Of a DNA stretch of 64,000 nt, positions 13,414 through 25,712 are shown one piece after another. The stretch's first letter is position 1, and every line of letters starts with the position of its first letter. A model generated the notes under the pieces. It was not told the origin of the DNA, searched no databases, and saw only the letters and a list, made by a program, of their open reading frames with translations. Origin of the DNA: Paramecium tetraurelia (Eukaryota); the NCBI GenBank assembly GCA_000165425.1, contig CT868051.1:62001-126000 (forward strand), read 5' to 3'. The translations under genes and the position numbers were made by a program.

Positions 13414-15466
13414 TCACTTTTTTAGATTAATAGCTTTAATCATAATACTCGATCTCTTAAGAGGAGATCTTTGGGAGTTTTTACGTTGCACTTTACGCGC
13501 TGATGCTTTCATTCGCTCTTGTGGGACTTGCTTGCTCTTATAAAATAATTCAGGATGGAGTAGGGAGAGTTGTCTCACCAATTCAAGGCTTTCTTCTAGT
13601 GGCCGATTCAATTGGCTACGTAACTCAATGAATTATTTGATCTTAATAATAATTTTAATAATGATACAGTACCACATTCATATCCAAATCCTCAGATTGG
13701 ATCTCCTATTTGTAGATCCATCCAGTCCATTATTTGTTCTCAATCATTAGGAAATGTTGAGCTAACATCAATAGCAATTCCAACAGAGTCATTTATGATT
13801 TCTAACTATTATACACCTTTTCATTGAATTCCTCTGAAAATAGTAATTAGAAATAGGGAGATGCATCTTTGATCGTAAAACACTCATTGAGTTGATACTC
13901 GTGTTGTTCCTGCAATTCTTTATAGTATTTGAGTACTTTCTTTAGAGATACAGAACTCAATTAACGATGCTCTCGGATTCCAAAAATGATTGCATACAAT
14001 TGATTGATGGGTTAATCGAGATCGCATTCGCTAAGATAAGTCAAAATGGCATTTAGTTTCTCTTCTTCGCCAACCCAATCGATAAAGATCCTACAAACAT
14101 GATTTAGGAAATCTCCGATTTGAGTCAGGTAATCCAAGAAGTTACATAAGAGGGTTGAGTAATCCATTTCTAATTCCTTATTGACTTCAAATGGTATTTG
14201 AAAGGGATGGACTTGCATAAATATGCCTACAGAGTTCAAGTAATACAGTTGGTAGTTCTCCTCTTGCAATTTGTGACATCCCAATCGAACTTGTGCTTCT
14301 TGATGTTTCATCGGAAGAGGTTGATTCAACTTCTGCTATTTAATTAAAGCACTGCCCAATTCCTTGATGTCCTTTTGGAAGACGAAGGAATGTTGGGCGA
14401 CCACCTTGTCATATTGTTTGAACATGCTCTCCAATTCCAAAGCCTTTAAGCCAACTGAGTTCATTCTCTCTTCGGCAATTCTGAGATCACTCATCTATTG
14501 GACTGTCACAATGTAATCTTGAAATTCCTGTTAGACTGACAATAACTGTTATTATAAGTATTCATTCTTACGAATGTATTACGCTTCCATAGCTTTGAAT
14601 TCCTTATCCATCTAGATCATCTAATCTTCAACTTTGATCTTCTGAGCCACAGCCTATTTGAATTGCTCCTTGAACTCTTTGACCTGAGTCTCAATGTAAT
14701 CGGCACAACTCTTGCCCATCCATTGCAATTAGATGTCAATCAAGACGATCCAGAATTTGCAAAAGCCTTCCAAAAATATCCCCAATCTGGTATCATGCTT
14801 CAAGGCTTCTCGAACACTCTGCACCATAGTGTCAGAGACCAGATTCACAGCATTTTAGACAAAGTGCATCTTGAAATTAAGCACAGGTCTGGTCTATTAA
14901 TGTAGGGGTTCGATTATTTGTTTGTCCAACTGTTAGAGTGTGTTGAATAGTGTAAAGATGAACTTTTCATCTAAAATGGTCTTGTTTTCACACATCTTGG
15001 CTCGTTGAACCTCGTACTGATTTGAATAGAGCATCATTTTGATGGATTGAGGCAATTCGCTCAAATTTTAAATCAACTATTCATGCTCTCTACAGAGGTA
15101 ACTGTACTATTCATATTAAGCACATATTGGAATATTCTCTGTTTCAGATGGTACCCTAATGCGATGTTCTGTTCGACCCTCCCCTATTAAACTGGCCCAT
15201 CTAGATTTCCGTTCCTCCTTCTTCAATGATGGACACATTGTTCCTGTGAGGGATCCCTTGGCTCTCTATCTCATGATCTGAGAAATGGTGGCCTTCTAAT
15301 AAAACATATTGGTTGTTTGGGTTGGCCAATCATTGCGAGCTGTGTTGGATTACTTCTTGAATACGTCCTTAATGGCCTGGGTGAATTCAGCATCGTTGAA
15401 CATATCGTCAATCTCACCCAATGATATTTTAGTTTACTTGTTGCCATTTACCTTGCGTGCACTCAT
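13414..15466 (-). CDS. coiled-coil protein, weakly TSNAXIP1/axonemal dynein light chain domain-like
   Basis: ATG15466 (MSARKVNGNK) opens a long frame; a 31-nt intron near 13642-13672 joins it to the terminal exon ending KAINLKK-TGA. The family call is weak and by eye only. Confidence 0.7.
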
Positions 15467-15477
15467 TAATTATTATA

Positions 15478-16033
15478 ATGTAAGTTGCATTTAGTGCCAT
15501 TTGTGTTGGATTAGACAACGCTGGCAAAACCAGTCTATTGCGCACACTCTCCAATAGTCAAAGGATGGAGATATTCCCAACACCCACCATGGAGATCCAT
15601 TATGTCATTTGTCCCAAAATAGGGAAGTATTGTCTGGTTTATGATATGTCTGGAAATGGTCGTCATCGATCTAATTGGAGAATTCTCTATCAAGACGTTC
15701 AAGCCATGATCTACGTCATTGACACCAGCGATTCAGAATACAGGTAGCATACAAAATACATATATCTCTAGATTCCATTTATAAAGACATCTTATTGAAG
15801 AGGTTCTTAATGATGATTTAATCAAAAAAAGTGCGATCCCCATTCTATTCCTATTCAACAAGAACGATAAAAAGAATAGATTCAACAAGGACGATCTCAT
15901 CAAAGTACTAGGATTGGACTCCAAGAAATTCAAAAATAAATTCATTTTCAAAGAGACTACTAGTTTTGAAATTTCAAAATTGAAAGAAGCCATTGATAAT
16001 CTCACTGATGCACTCTTTAGCAAAAAATAATGA
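15478..16033 (+). CDS. Arf-like small GTPase, ARL6/BBS3-like
   Basis: G1 GLDNAGKTS, G3 DMSGNG (ARL6 has DMSGQG), G4 FNKND; intron 15744-15771; 175 aa. Confidence 0.85.
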
Positions 16034-16060
16034 TTTGTTATTATTATATTTACTAATCAT

Positions 16061-17291
16061 TCATTTATTCATTTCATGACTTGCCTCCCCCAAACAACTC
16101 ACCTACCTAATTATCCAAATTGATGCTATAGCTATGCAAATACATGCACACACCACTTTAAATATATACAAATAATCGTTTATCTAAATTTATTTACTTT
16201 ATTTCTCAAAAGCAGCCAATTTAGCAAATCCAATTTACTTATTGTCAATGTCAAAAACTGTTACATGCTTTCTTATGAATGTATCCCCCAGAATCCAATA
16301 ACTATTTGAACTCTTCGTAAAAGACAACACACACACTGATACATCAATTTATATGTAGTCACTAGGGTGCAATTGCAAACTCAAATCACCTTCAAAATTT
16401 AATTCAAATTCAGGAAAGTGTGAAAAATCCCCATCAGGACATGAACATTTTATTTAGTATTAGGAATACTGACAAAACTATTTATAATCATCTCTTAAAA
16501 TTGATAATATTGAAGTAAATTGATGAGTAGGTACAACTATCAGAGAAGTTCCAGTATCTATCAATGCTGATACATCCTTAATCAGGACTTTTTTATTCAA
16601 TTATACATTGTTTAGTTTAACTGACCATGAATCTGTTTTATCCAATTTAACATACTTTACTTCAGAACTCATGTAATGAGTATCATACCCACCTATGAAT
16701 AACACACTTGCATTATTGATGTGTTCAGGTATCGAATTCAAGAAGAATGCAAAAATGCGCTTATCTATCTAATGTTGATCATACAGGATGTTGATTAACG
16801 AATTGAATCCATATTAATCTTGTAAACCCAATCCACAAATACCATCAGCTCTCAAATTCTCCAAATTAGTTTATGAATTCACAATCAAAAATTGAAAATT
16901 AGAAACTGTGAAATTGGAGACTTGCAACTAGTCAAAAGCTTTGTTTCCTCCTATTTCCCCTTGACCATATTCCACCTTATATAATTCTTTTGTCATTAAA
17001 CAATTAGGACTTGATTAGCAATCAAAAGATGTTTTCTTTGATTGTGTTGGACACGTATTTGAGAATACCTTTATAGTGAGCACATTTTACCCAAAAAATA
17101 GAAGAACCTGTATCAAATAGCAATTCAAGATCCTATTCCCCTATTTTAATAATTCCCGTGTATTGCATATTCATAAAATTGTTGATCACCAGATTGTTCC
17201 TCAGATGTCGATTTGAATTAGGAAGTGTAGTCTTATGCAAGTCGATCCTCACATAGGCACTAATTAGTTAAAATAATAAATATAATATCAT
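16061..17291 (-). CDS. pepsin-family (A1) aspartic protease with signal peptide and C-terminal TM helix
   Basis: MILYLLFQLISA signal; DTGSS and DTGTS catalytic motifs; ADGICGLG; WILGDTFIR; hydrophobic tail YLYIFKVVCACICIAIASIWII; one 22-nt intron. Confidence 0.9.
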
Positions 17292-17296
17292 TAATT

Positions 17297-19613
17297 ATGG
17301 AAGCATCGCAATATAAATTGAGTCAAACAATAGCAGCACACAATGGAATAGTGAGATCAACCTCAATTTAAGGGGATTAATTATTGACATGTAAGGACAT
17401 CATCAAAGTTCCTAATAGGTTCAGGTGATAAGACTGCAAAGTTGTACGAACTGAAGGATAATTAGTATCAATAAGTGACTTTGATATCTTTCTTCGAGAA
17501 ATTCATTTATGCCTCATGTGCAAGAGTGAATGGAGGATATGCAGTTGGACAAGATAAGCAAATATATTTGTTAGACAATGAGGGGAATCTCCTTGGTATT
17601 TTAGATGGACATGAATAATAAGTGTGTTCTTTAAAGAGCATTTCAAAAGACGTACATTCAATCATCATCAAATTAAGTTACTAATATCTGGATCCTGGGA
17701 TGCAACTGCTATTATATGGGATATCAGTTAAATGAAGTAACTTTATAGATTGAGTGGACATAAATATGGTGTGGCAGTATACGGGGATGAAAATTTAAAT
17801 GTTCTAACTGGCTCATAAGATGGAGTTCTGCATTCCTGGTCCAAGGAAACTAAAATCAAGAGCGTAGAAGCTCATGAGGATATCATCAGAGAAATCCTAC
17901 CTTCTCCCTTTGGTGGCTATTTAACTTGCTCTAATGATGAAACGATTAAACTCTGGTCTAAAGATCTTGAATTGATTTAAACCTTTTTAGGGCATAAAAG
18001 CTTTGTTTTTACAATGAAATATCACATGGATCAAGTGATTAGCGGAGGGGAGGATAGATTAGTAATTATCTGGAATTTAGATGGTACTTCCAAATAAACC
18101 ATTTAATTGCCTGATACTGTGTGGACTGTAACTATCAATAATAATAATGATATTGTTGTTGGAACAGCTGATGGTAAGGTCAGAGTATTTACTTCTGATC
18201 CAGCGAGATATTCCTCTTAGAAAGAAATTGAAGAGCTAAAGCAGGAATAAGCCTCTTTATCCAATGCCAAGTAGGAAGGAGCAATATCTGAAGAAGAAGT
18301 GCAGAAATTGCCAGGAATAGATAAACTGACTATGATGGCAGGAAAGAATGATGGGGAAGTTAGATTATTTTTAAATGGAGATAAACCTTAGGCATATATT
18401 TGGAGTGCAGCCAATAAGAATTGGTAAATGATTGGTGGGGAGGAGTCAAGCTAAAAGAAGATCTTTTATGGAGACAAATACTTTGAGGCTGGAGAGTATG
18501 ATCATATCTTTGATGTGGAGGATGGCAATGGAATTGCTAAACTCATGCCCTATAATGAAGGGGAAAACCTTTATGTCACAGCTGAGAAGTTTTGTTTAAG
18601 GGAAGGATACTCTAAAAATTACATTTAGTAAATAGTTGAATTCTTGAAATATCATACATCCTTTGGGTAATCGCAAAGGTAAAAGAAATAAGAGTTGGAA
18701 ACTATGAATGAATAATAATATGATTAGGAGCAAATATTATAATAAGAATAGGCTAAAAACCAGCTTGATTATCAGTATATTCCTTACACTAAATGCACCT
18801 ATTATGAGAATATGAATTTACAAGGTTTGAGTCAGAAACTGTTTGAGTTCAATGCTTTAATGTCTGAAGAGCTTAGATTAACGGAGAATGAAACTTTAAT
18901 ATTCAATAAAGGCATTGATAACTTAGGACAAATATCTATGTAAAAAGCTGTCGATATCGAAAATTCTGTTAGTCTCATATTCGTTGAGAAATTATTAAAG
19001 TGGGATGCCCAATACTTATCTCCAGTTTATGATTTCTTTAGGATCTTTTCCCTTCATCATAGCAGCGAATAACTTTTCGCGGATCAAGAAAAAGGCATGA
19101 GTCTGTTCTTGAATATTGTCACTATAGCCAATATATAACCTCCCAATGCTGTCCTTATAGGATTGGCTTTGTAAACATTATGTAATTGCTTAAAACATAA
19201 TACTAATTCTTGTGCTATCCTCTATCATTTAAGAATAGTTAAAGATATTATTCAGAGTCTATTAGATACTGATGAAGATGTAAACATATTTTATAATCTA
19301 GACTGTCCACCTACTTAGTAATCTCATTCTCAATTTATCTATTGGAATATATTAGGGAAACGAATTGATTGACAAAGCAAGTGAGATATTATCCGAATCG
19401 ATAGTTACATTTTTATAGTATAAACAAAGAGATGCTGAAACAATTGCTAAATTAGTGACTGCACTTGGTAATTTATTGAGATCTCCTGCTTAATAAATTA
19501 GAGAACAATGTAAGAAAATCAGTTATGGTTTTATTCAATCATTGATGATTGATACAAATAATTAAGACACACTTAAATGTTTGGAAGACGTTAAGTTGAG
19601 TATGTAAATTTGA
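17297..19613 (+). CDS. PLAA: PLAA/Doa1/Ufd3 (WD40-PFU-PUL) p97 cofactor
   Basis: WD40 repeats (ISGSWDATAIIWD), PFU motif GEYDHIFDVEDG..MPYNEGENLYVTAEKFC, PUL helical C-terminus; three tiny introns. Confidence 0.9.
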
Positions 19614-19797
19614 ATATTATAAACTCTGGAATAATATATGAATAATTTTTATTAGACTCTCAGTTAAGCCACCATTTCTAAATGTATTAAAATTTAAATT
19701 AAATGAAAATAATTAACACAGCATAAACTTATATTGATTACATTACTCTAAAAGGTCTTATTTAAATTAATTAAAATATTTAAGATATAGTTAAGTT

Positions 19798-21777
19798 TCA
19801 AACTAAAATTTCATAAACATTATATTAATTAGAATCAACATCCCAAAGAACCATATATTAGCCATCTTTAGAGAGAGAACCATAATTAAATTCTGATTAG
19901 CATTAAATTGGATCAGCCATGATCTTCAGATTTCCATCTAATTACTTTCTGAGAATGAACACAGTTGAATTGTGTCTGATGACTATTATGTTTTTTGGTT
20001 TATTATATTAAATAGGAAATAAATTCCAATCTTACTTCTAATTATTTAACAATAGCTAATTCTCAGGTTTTTCTTGAAACCTAAAGTTTGACCCTTCAAA
20101 GAAATGGACTCTCCCTTAATTTTGCTATAGCCAGATAAATTCAGTATCACTTAAGAATTTAATTTATCTACCGATATCTTGAACTGATTATTTCAGAACA
20201 TCTTTAAATTTCCAGATGCCTTACTATTTCCCCCAAATCAATATATTTTAGTCTTCGCTACATGATATCATACATGTTTCAGAATCATTCATACTCAAAC
20301 TTAATAGTTTATGTTGATGTTTAAATAAAGAGTATTCATAAACTAGGTTATTCTCCTTAAAATCTAGTTTCCAAATTACGATGGATTTATCCAGACTTCC
20401 AGTTATTAACTGAGTCTCATCGTGATTCACAATCATGCACCTCAGGCCAAATCTATGCTGTTTGAATTGCTTTGAAGACTTCCATCCAAAATTATAGTCC
20501 TATTACCAACATACAATTGAGCCATCTTCATTCCCACAACCTGAAATGAAGGAATTTGAATAATTACTAAAGAGTAGACATGATACATCATCGATATGCT
20601 TTTATAAAATAGATCCTAAGGTTAGGCGTCCTTTATTAAAATCCCAAACTTTAATATTTTTGCCACTTGTTGAAATCATGATCGAAGTATCCTTATTGAA
20701 TTATATGGCATAACAGCAATCTTTTTGTATAATTTCAGTGTTAATCAATTTATGAAGAATAAAATCATTGGAAACAGATTACCTTTGGAGACCCTTTAAA
20801 TTATTGGTTAATACGCCTTGAATGCAATTTGTAAGCTTCGACTTAAATTCTTTTCTCATTATGATAACTTAATCATTTCCTATTTCATGTATTTTTTCAA
20901 TCAACTTATTTAAAGATCCTTCATTTATAAGCAAATCCAAATTCTGAACACTCTTAAAATATTCCCCATTCTGTTACGATATGCGATTTGTTAATTCTGA
21001 TTCTAAGTGATGTATAGATTAGGATAGGCGTTGTCTTAATCTTATTAAGTTTGTTAATTGCTCTATTATTTCTGATTAGATTCCTTTGTTTTATTCTGAA
21101 GAATTAACTATCATTTCCTTAATATTAGTGAATTCCTAATCACAAATATTGTTTTGCTTCATCCTTTCTATTTTCTCAATTACAGTTCTGCATTGATTCT
21201 CAACATAGAGTTGTTGAATAGCATCTTCAATATTAACTTTCGATAATTAAAGAAGTGTCTAATAACAAGGATCAAATTTATTAAGACTATTAAATGGAGT
21301 GATTAGAGAATTCAAACCAGGTAAATATTACTAAGTGATGTTTAGAAACCGATAATTTACTTCATTTAAATCCTCATCATGAATATTACCCTAGTAGTTA
21401 TTGAATGATTGGTCAAATCTCTGAATAAATTCTTTATTTTATTGTTATTATAAATTTTATAACCATTACAGTGCTTTGAGATTAGTTTATTCACAAACAT
21501 CTTTAATTTCAACCTGTAATAACTTAAAGTATTAAATGAATGTATTTAAATGCAGAATGCTTTGTAGCAAAATTTAATTTGAATATTTTGATGTCTAATT
21601 ATAATTCTTAGTAGCTTGAGCAAATGCAATGGATATGTTAATTAATTGAGTCTAATCTTAATGCTCATTCAAACATAGATGGCACAATAATCTTTACGTA
21701 GGGTTGATCGAAGGATCATTAATAATTTTAATTGCTTGAAGGTTGTGTTTACATAATAGGGCACTTTCTAATTCCAT
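19798..21777 (-). CDS. Paramecium-type zinc-motif + coiled-coil + WD40 protein
   Basis: Intronless 659-aa frame; N-terminal CKH..RLLCHLC; WD40 repeats (LITGSLDKSIVIWK, MISCSED). Confidence 0.85.
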
Positions 21778-22045
21778 GATTAAAATGTTTATATATTTAA
21801 TTGTTATCAAGGTAATTTTACATGTATAGAAATATCTTGCTTAACATATCGTTACCTTTGTTACAAGATAACTTAATGGATATTAATAAATAAATTAGAG
21901 CAAAATCTCATAAGTTTAAGGATAATCTAATTCATTACATAATATATCCATTATACCTATGATGTGAACTTAAAATACACTTAAGATAATTTAATATGGA
22001 TTTTTGGTATTATAATAAAATTGATCATAATTCTATTAAGAAATA

Positions 22046-23342
22046 ATGAAGTCTGTCATAATTCCTTTTAAAGATTTTGATGTTATCTGTTCGTACAATC
22101 ACAAAATTCCTGCTGCTTATATACTGAAGTATGGAAAAGAAGAACCCACCTATATATGCAAAGATTGCTTATCTATTTACACACTACCCAAAAATGCCAT
22201 AAATGTTGGCGAGGTTGTGGAAAAGTGTAGACAATAAAAGCAGAGGTATTGTAAATTAGTTGACCCATTATTCGAAGAATATAAAAAATGTATCCAACAA
22301 CTATCGGTTAATCTCTTCGATTTCAAATCATAAATAGTATAATAGATAGATTAATCGATAACGACAACAAGGCTGTGGTTAGAAGAATTGGAAGTACTCT
22401 AATCGAAAGAGCTGATATTAGATTACAAGTATTAGTCATAATAATTTCATTTAAATTGCGAAGAGTATGAACTAAAAGAATTCATTCGAATTGAGTAGAT
22501 GATACTCAAGTGCAACAAATCTTATTTTTTAAAATTAACCCAGTATTTAGAAGATTATGTCAATATAGATTAATTTTAGCCATGCTAACAAATAATAAAT
22601 AATTGTTTAGATAATTCTAAATTAGATGGGTTTCTTTCTTAATAAAAAGAATTTGACGACAATCAAACCTATGCAATTTCAAAAAGTCCAAATAAATGGT
22701 TTCTTCAAGGGAACATCGATCCCATTTCGGATGATATTAAAAACCACTTAAAAAATTGGAGGACTTATAATTTGAACACTGAACTGATGAGATACTTCTA
22801 CTTTGATATGAATAACAACCAATATTTCCTTTCACATTTGTTCCCAAATTTCTTTTAGAGTTAATTTTGTGAGTATAGTGTTAGATTAAATCCTCAGGAA
22901 AGAAATGAAATTATAAAAGATAAGACAGTAATTCCCATTCACTTAAATTTAGGTACTTAATTAAATTGAAGAGCATCTTTAAATGTTTCTTTGTTACTTG
23001 GGAGTGAAATTGGTTGGAGACTAAGTAGCATTGATTGATAAGAATCGATGGGAGGAATATCGGAAAGTCAAGAATAATAAGTCAGGCTTATAAAGAGTGA
23101 TATCTTCTTTGAGTGTCTTAAATCAACGTAAAATTGCCTTGTAGCTCGTCGCTTTTACTAAAGAAATCAATTTCGAATATAAAGAGACGTTCATCAACTA
23201 CGATCTTTTGAAAGAGGAAGGCAACACGAGCGAACAGGCGTTGACATTTTAGGATGCGAAAGGATATTACTTATAAGACGATTTGATGAAAAATAAATGG
23301 GCAACATTTACGATTCTGACGAATCAAAATTTAGATGAGTGA
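22046..23342 (+). CDS. zinc-motif + coiled-coil + degenerate OGFr (opioid growth factor receptor) N-domain protein
   Basis: CSYNH..YICKDC, then coiled coil, then NKWFLQGNI..KNW..NNQYFLSHLFP..LNPQE..MFLCYLGVKL..RVISSLSVL, aligned by eye to the OGFr conserved region; intron 22928-22952. Confidence 0.7.
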
Positions 23343-23471
23343 GATATTCCATTAAGTATATTGTATTTTTCTCCTGTGGTAATTATATACCAAAATATGA
23401 CAGGGGAGATATTATATCAATATATATTTAGTTTTAATTATTTTTAATTATTATAATTTAATATTATCAAC

Positions 23472-25689
23472 ATGTTGCAGTAATATTTGAATATGGGATT
23501 CACTTAGTAATAGATTATCAAAGCATAACAGATTTGCAAGTAGAATCGAAACATAGAGATCTTGGATGTGCTTTTAAAGAAAATGTGTAGTCTCCAATTA
23601 AGGAGTAATCCCAATCCCAGATTTTGAGAGAATTGTCATTTGATGTTTTGACTCCTGATCAGCGGTTGCGATAAAAGGGAAAGCCTGTGGGATTGAAAAA
23701 TCTGGCAAATGGTTTTTGTGATATCTATGTTAGTTTGCTATTTGAATTCTCTGATTCAGACTTATTTTCATAACCCAATCTTTGTGAAGGAGATACTGAG
23801 CTTTAAATACCCAGTGCAATTGAATTTTGAGGATCTCTTAAATAAGAACGAGGCAAAGGCAAAGCGGATAAAATCATCAATCGATTTGGTTGTGCATTTG
23901 TAGAGGTTTGCAAGAATTATAATTTTAGACTGTTTGCTTACTTAGTTCACACAGACAGAAAGTACGTGGATCCTTACAGAGTGTTCTTGAATGTAGTAGA
24001 TGAATTTGGTAATAGGTTTTAATTGGGAGATTAGAAGGATTGGGCGGAGTTCAATTTATAATTTATAACATGCATCGATGAGGGATTGAAATATCACGAG
24101 AATAAAATAATGGATGCTGAAATTTAGAACAAAGATGAGAGTGGTGACATGCATGAATCAGATTAGTATTAGAATGAGAAAAATAAATCTGGCACTACTT
24201 TAACGAGATCGATGATATTATTAGATGAGAACAAGGCCAAATTGATAGAATAATAGCCATTGCAATCACAGCCTTAGAATTAGACAATAATCAATAGATT
24301 ATTCTTTGGAAAAACCAAAGAGTATATTACACATCCCAATCAGAGAAATTAGAGTGAGGAACAAGAGTAAATATTTTTGTAGATTATATTGAATGTGAAG
24401 AATAGGAGTTTATATTAAGCTTGGGAGGCAAATAACTCTTTTTTGATAGAGGGTTATCGCAATGGAAGTGAAGTGATTGAGGTGGCCGAAAAAACCATTT
24501 GGATCACTTAGATTCCTGATTCCTTACTATTTCAAATACAAAGAGTGGGGTATGATCCAGAGAGAGGACTGATCAAAATGAATGATGAATTTCGATTTGA
24601 GAAGGAGATCTATGCTGATAGATTCCTTTTGGAGAACAGACAAAAGGTTATAGAAACGTAATAGCAATTAAATGAACTCAAAATTGAATAGGCCAAATTA
24701 CTGTTTCAGATGGATAAGTATTAAAACTTAGGAGGCATTTCTATGCTAACCATCTTAAATACAGCTACTAAGTATGTTAAGGAGGTGAAACCAGATGATG
24801 AGATCATGCAATAAAGGATTGAGCAATGTAGATTAAGTATTCAAATGATTTTATAGAAATTTCAGTTTCAATTGGATGAAATTAATTAGAAGATTGAAGA
24901 CTTGTATGCTATAATGAAAAAATATAAGTATTTTCTTTAAAGCATTTTAATACATGAAGGGGCGGCAGAGTCTGGCCATTATTATACTTATATTTATAAT
25001 CCATTTTTGAAGCATTGGTTTAAGTTCAATGATATCAATGTAACTTAGGTGAGTGAGGAGAAGGTGTTGCGTGATGCCTATGGAGATGGAAAATCGAAAA
25101 CAAATGCCTATTGTTTGATCTATTAACGTTCTGATCATTTTGAACCTCAATCTTATTCAGATTATACGAACAATTCCGTTTATGCTCAGTACATCCAATA
25201 GAATCTATATGAAGAGGTCACAAATGACAACAAAAAGTTTTCAATTGAATAAAAAGAATATGAACTTGTGGAATTAGGAGATTTGGTAGTTGAAATCTAT
25301 AATGTGTAATTCCAATAAGTAAATGAAATGGCTAGGAAATTTAAAAATAGAAATGGTAATCCACTCAACAATTTTCCAACCTATTTGCGCACTCTGCTAG
25401 ATCAGATGAATGATCTAGTCAAGTGGAGCATTTTGGATTATGCCATCAGAGAAGCATCTCAAGGCAAAAGGAATTTGAGAGATTACCAAGAATAATTGAT
25501 CTTTCAATAAAGGTGTATATCTATTATATTGATCCTAGAATCAAATACAATTTTGAATAATTGAGTCAATTCAAAGTGCCATCCAAGTACGATATTGACA
25601 AGCAAACCATCAAACATCTTCAGTATTACTATCTGTAATATATATCATCACTCAGAATCACTGCAATACAATAGTTTCAGCATATTTGA
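23472..25689 (+). CDS. ubiquitin-specific protease, USP25/28-like, with N-terminal UBA-like MGF motif
   Basis: Cys box PVGLKNLAN/VCYLNSLIQ, QKDWAEF, His box ILIHEGAAESGHYYTYI, WFKFND, TNAYCLIY. Confidence 0.9.
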
Positions 25690-25712
25690 ATTATTTTTAA
25701 TTATATTATAAA

